The notes below the pieces were generated by a model. The model saw nothing but the letters and a program-made list of their open reading frames with translations, ran no database searches and was not told the DNA's origin. Shown here piece by piece: positions 1 to 64,000 of a DNA stretch of 64,000 nt (positions are counted from its first letter, which is position 1; each line of letters starts with the position of its first letter). Position numbers and translations under genes: made by a program. Source of the stretch: Malacoraja senta (taxonomy: Eukaryota); NCBI GenBank assembly GCA_038087875.1, contig CM075994.1, positions 5,644,001 through 5,708,000 of the forward strand, in the 5' to 3' direction.

Positions 1-125
1 GAAATAGTGCACGGGTGATCGTTGGTCGGCACCGACTCGGAAGGGCCAGTTTCCACGCTGTATCTCTAAACTAAACAAAGCTCAACTAAACAAAACTAAC
101 TTAAACTAAACTAAGCTAAACTAAT
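1..125 (+). mobile_element. V-SINE (HE1-like) 3' end with (TAAAC)n tail
   Basis: ttccacgctgtatctctaaactaaac... Confidence 0.75.
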
Positions 126-1211
126 TGAATCATTTTTGCAAATTACAGTCTCAAGCGAATAAATTCTTATCTAAAAAACACACACACATTTGTGGAAGTA
201 AGAGCGTCCAAAGATGGTTTTTAATGATTTGGATTTCCAAATTAAGCTATATTACATATGGAACCAAAATATTCAATAGCCGAGGACACCCTTCCATGTG
301 CAAAATCCAACGGAGGAGTGGGATGTCAGATCACTGAACGAATAGAAAGGCAACTATATCAGTGGTTTGTTATTTTATTTATATTAGAAAATCTCCAGAT
401 ATTATTAAACTTCGAGTCGGTTAAGTTGTTTGGAAGTAACTGTAACTTCCCGTGTTTTTCAATTTCTTAATATGTATAACCAATTTAAAAACAACGTTTA
501 AGTATCTCTGACAATGACCGACATTTAAAACCATTAGGAAGATATTTAACGGTGCCAACTTTGGAAAGGACACCAAGGCGTTCCTGAGGACTGGTCAACT
601 CTTCGTTGCAGAGTCTATTATTGTCCAGTGCAATCAATCCTGACGCGCACACGATATGTGCGACTGGACCAAAATGGGAGGGGACTGCAGTAGGCTGACA
701 GCATTGAATGCGATATGCATTAATTGGTATTAATCTAAAGACATACAAGAAGCTGATCTCCAGAGGCGTCCCTGCCTTTCCATTCCAGTGCAGGATGTTT
801 TGATGTGCAAGCAGGGCAATAACAAACAATAGTACACATTATACATAACAGATTCTCACCCTCGAAATTGATATAAAGGTCATAAATGTCATAAAGAATC
901 GGCACATCAAGTCTATTGCGCCATTCAATCATGGTTGATCTATCTCTCCCTCGTAACCTCATTCTCCTGCCTTCTCCCCAGAACCTCTGGCATCTGTATG
1001 ATCAAGATAGAACTATTACGCGTGGAAACAGGCGCTTCGACACACTTTGTCCATGTTGACCAATTAGGGATTGTCCCATTTGCCTGCATTTGGCCCATGG
1101 CCATCTAAACCCTTCATCCAATATCTGCACAAATGTCTTTTAAAAGTCATAATTATACCCACCTCTGAAAAATAATCTGGCAACACCTTCCAGATAAGGA
1201 ATACCCTAAAA

Positions 1212-1388
1212 TAGTTTAGTTTAGTTTAGAGATACAGTGCGGAAATAGGCCCTTCGGCCCACCGTGTCCACACCAACCAGCAATCCCCGTACACTAACAC
1301 TATGCTGCACATACTAGGGACAATTTACAATTTTACCTAAGTCAATTAATCTACAAACCTGTACGGCTTTGGAGTGTGGGAGGAAATG
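1212..1388 (-). mobile_element. V-SINE fragment
   Basis: (GTTTA)n tail then V-domain complement ctttggagtgtgggaggaaa; similar copies at ~10530-10830, 19265-19560, 40195-40510, 45245-45410 and 50515-50800. Confidence 0.8.
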
Positions 1389-1414
1389 TATAAATATTTA
1401 CATTTATATTCCAG

Positions 1415-59965
<58,551 letters not shown>

Positions 59966-61089
59966 GTAAGCGGCAAATTATAAGTACTCACTTTATGAAA
60001 AAGCACACTTAAATATTAAGTCAGTCCACCTTACGTGTTTTAGATGAAAATATTGAGAGACACAAGGGCCAGTGAAAAACATTGGACGCACCATTGGATA
60101 GCAATGGCAATGGCGAGCGCATACAATGCTTACAATATAAGTAAGCCTAGTTACTTACATGGCTAAGCATATAGAAATAGCAAACTATAAACTCTTGACG
60201 GTTTGTAAATAGAATTATCGATCTGCTGTAGACGTTTTTTCTTTCGTTTCACTGCCATTGGATGTTATACTCCCACATTCTCAGCTATATATTACAAATG
60301 TATTATACTTGAATTTCGCCTAAATTTTTCAGCTAAATTAGGACCTTCACAGGACAATATAACAGATGGATGTAGATGAAGCAACATATTCGACAGCGTC
60401 TATGTACATGTACGCCTGACATTGAGTAGTGGCCTCTAGCGGTTTCAGCATAGCAGATCTATGCATGGTCTTATATTTCTGGCGAGCTTTTGCATCCCTT
60501 AAAGAAACTAGTGACTTCTCAGCAGCAATTGCAAATACCGATACTGTCTATTTTATACAAAAACGAAATTAGCCAAGTCGTTTTGGTAAATATAACAGAG
60601 GTTCTCCTACGAATTCCATATCTGCGTTGCGACACTTCTCCTTCAGTGGGCTGTGAAGAAGACGCTTCTGGTCCTGAGTTTCCTTCGTTTATCCAGTCTT
60701 TTAAACCTGGGGACTTTATGCTACCTGCGATTTCCTTTTTCAACGGTGGCGTCATTATACCCTTGTAATGTTTCTTCTTCTTTGGGATGAATAAATCCCG
60801 CCCCTTCTAAATTAAACACAGAAACTCATGCTGTTGATGTAACGGTGGCATGCAAAATACTGTAACCCTTCCAATCAAATTTGACCTGCTCCCCCCTCCT
60901 CCCTCTGTAGTTACCTCTACTCAACAAGAATACAGATACATCCGCTTCCCTCTCTGCAATCGTAGGTTGAATTCTGTCATATTATGATCCCTCCTTCCTT
61001 AACCTTAAGCTCCCTAATCATTTGTGACAGCAGCTTCGATCCCACAAATCATACTGTCAAAACTTCTCCCTCCTTCACTAATTCACTAT

Positions 61090-61740
61090 AATTTACAGTC
61101 ACAGACATAAAGCATGTAAACGGGGTCTTCGGCCAACATTCTTGCGCCAACCAACGTGCCCCATCGTTACTTACTCACCTGCCTGCATTTGGCACATATC
61201 CCGCTGAGTCCAATCAATCCAGGTACCTGTCTAAATGTTTCTTCAATATTGTGATACTACCTGCCTCAACGACCTCATCCGGCAGCTCGTTCCATAAACG
61301 AAACCCTTTTGTGTAAAAAGTTGACCCTCAGATTCCTTTTCAATCTTTCCCCCCCTCGACGTAAACCTATTTCCTCCGGTTGTCGATTCCTCTACTCTTG
61401 GCAAATGTCTCTGTGTTCACACGATCTATTCATATCACGATATTGTACACCTCTATAAGATCACTCCTCGTCCTCCTGCGCTCCAAGGAAAAAAACTGCC
61501 TGTTCAACCCCTCCCATAGATAAGCCATCCGTGTCCTGGCAACATTCACGTAATTCTTTTTCGCACCCTTCCAGTTTAAAAATACCTTTTCCTATTACAG
61601 GATGACCGAAACTGAACGAAATTCGGTTTTGGTTATCCTGTAATAGGAAAGGTATTTTTCAACTGCGAGGCTGCGGAAAAGATTCACGTGAATGTTGCCA
61701 GGACACGGGTGGCTGAGCTGTAGGGAGAGATTGAACATCA
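61090..61740. mobile_element. CR1 fragment with fold-back inversion
   Basis: Minus-strand CR1 switching to plus strand at a hairpin near 61580-61660. Confidence 0.65.
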
Positions 61741-63184
61741 GGGTGGCGCCGTCAGCGATGGCAGACTCGCCAACAGCCTGTCTGTCTTATCGTATTTTTT
61801 TGTTATTTTTGGTGTGTTTTAAAAAGTATGTTGATTTTATGTGGGGGCTGGGGGGTGGGGGTTGTTGCTCTTTATCGCTATGACTGTATGGCAATCTGAA
61901 TTTCACTGTACCTTAATTAGTACATGTGACAATAAACTCTCATTGAAACCTTGAAACTTTGAATACACTAGGTGTGGCCTCACTAATGTCTAGCACAACG
62001 CATTTTACAGATCACTGGAAATCGATCGCCTAAAATTGTATTTAATACTGCTGGGAAAGTCAATGATTAAAAACTAATTCACATTTTCTATTGGCAATCC
62101 GGCTCTGCCAAAATGTTACATCCACCGCCGACTCGATGCACTCTGATAAAACGTACAAAATGGTAGAAGGCTTGGATGGAGTGGATGCAGAGAGGGCGTT
62201 TCCTCTAATGGGAGATTCTTGGGGTAGAGGACATAGCGTTAGATTTAAAGGATATTCTTTTCGGAAGGAGATGAGATGGAATTCAATTCGCTGTGGAGGC
62301 CAGGTCAGTGGATATTTTATATGACGAGATCGATAGATTCTTCATTAGTACGGGTGTCAAAGGTGGTGAGCAGAATGCTGATCTCGCAGTAGAAAGTACA
62401 TACCTATACTTTATGCTGCGAGATCAGAGAACAGATAGAAAGACCAATGCAATGATGTTGAATACCACGTTTTCATGAGAACATAAGTGATAGGATCGAT
62501 TAGTTCATTTGGCCCATCAGGTCTACTCCGCCATTCAATCATGGCTGATCAAATTCTCCCTCCAAACACCGTTCTCCTGCCTTCTCTTCATAACCTCTGA
62601 CACCCGGACTAATCAATAATCTGTCGATCTCTTCATTTAAAATATCCACTTGGTGTGGTTTTTATTTGTCTTGTAAAATCAGTCCATTTCGTAGAAATTG
62701 GATACCTCTACTTTCTGCGAAATTGACTCATTTTACAATGCAAATAGGAACAACTCCAAATCATTTTATCTGACACTTGTAACTATTATTGCGCCAATAT
62801 ATATCTTTCTTTAAGGAGCAGAGGTCATGTTTAAGAGGGCGAAGTGAAGTTTGATATAGTACACGTAGATGACTGACCGAACTCTGGTTAAATGTGACTG
62901 TTATCCACATTGTGTTCGAATTTGTTGTCTATTTATTCTCAACATAAGTGACTTACTTTCATTGCACGTCAGATGATAGGAATCGATTCGGTGATTATTA
63001 TGTCTAGATAATTAAACAGTAACCGTTCCAAAGTGTTTGCAATTATTTCACAGCTGGCATGACTGCAATTAGAAAATACAAAAGTAAGTGGGGCTTTTTA
63101 ATTGATGGCCGCAATATAGTTCTCCTGTAGCTGGTGCTTGTTGTAACAAACAAAGATCCAGTGTAGACGTAAACTATATGGCAG

Positions 63185-64000
63185 AATAGAAACATAGAAA
63201 CATAGAAAATAGGTGAAGGAGGAGGCCATTCGGCCCTTCGAGCCAGCACCGCCATTCATTGTGATCATTGCTGATCGTCCCAAATCAATAACCCGTGCCT
63301 GCCTTCTCCCCATATCCCTTGATTCCATTTCCCCCAGAGCTCTATCTAACTCTCTCTTAAATCCATCCAGTGATTTGGCCTCCAATGCCGTCTGTAGCAG
63401 GGAATTCCACAAATTCACAACTCTCTGGGTGAAAACGTTTTTACTCACCTCAGTTTTAAATGGCCTCCCCTTTATTCTAGGACTGTGGCCCCTGGTTCTG
63501 GACTCGTCCAACATTGGGAACATTTTTCCTGCATCTAGCTTCTCCAGTCCTTTTATAATTGTATATGTTTCTATAAGATCCCCCCTCACCCTTCTAAACT
63601 CCAGTGAATACAAGCCTAGTCTTTTCAATCTTTCCTCATATGACAGTCCCGCCAATCCAGGCATCAATATCGTAAACCTACGCTGCACTGCCTCAATCAT
63701 AAGGATGTCCTTCCTCAAATTATGAGACCAAAACTGTACACAATGCTCCAGATGTGGTCTTACCAGAGCCCTATACAACTGCAGACGAACCTCTTTACTC
63801 CTATACTGAAATCCTCTTGTTATGAAGGCCAATATCCCATTAACTTTCTTCACTGCCTGCTGTACCTGCACGCCAACTTTCAGTGACTGCTGTACAAGGA
63901 CACCTCGCTATATCCCCCCCCCCTTACGTAACCTAACTCAATTGAGATAATAATCTGCCCCCTTGTTTTTGCCGCCAATGTGGATAACCTCTCATTTATC
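63185..64000 (-). mobile_element. CR1 LINE 3' portion
   Basis: LQLYRALVRPHLEHCVQFW, RGDLIETY, NLWNSL; (CATAGAAA)n tail. Confidence 0.95.

Noticed and set aside
388..420. 33-nt exon-like segment ENLQILLNFES
   Set aside because: Followed by ttaagt rather than a GT donor in phase

Overview
Eukaryotic, repeat-rich genomic DNA. The repeat families (V-SINE/HE1-type SINEs with (TAAAC)n tails, CR1, Rex1/Babar, fish-type L1, Penelope-like GIY-YIG, Gypsy) suggest a cartilaginous fish such as a skate or ray; this is inference. Almost all long ORFs in the supplied track are degraded retroelements or low-complexity artefacts. The main signal is invisible to the ORF track: a plus-strand gene segment from about 1.4 kb to at least 60 kb, built from 32 apparently intact symmetrical phase-1 micro-exons. 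They mostly alternate 27 and 36 nt, with three 30-nt variants and one 24-nt variant. Two dead copies and one stop-carrying copy are also present. Spliced, the intact exons give about 329 stop-free codons of a 21-residue (3-heptad) coiled-coil repeat, consensus EIEILKEKVKVC-EDSLTRKDT, with a Cys at a core position of most repeats. The exon pairs grew by tandem duplication (about 0.8-kb units nested in a 4-exon higher-order unit), and TEs then filled the introns. Frame-preserving and apparently compensatory changes suggest coding selection. The gene's N- and C-terminal domains are not identifiable in this window, so its family is unassigned.
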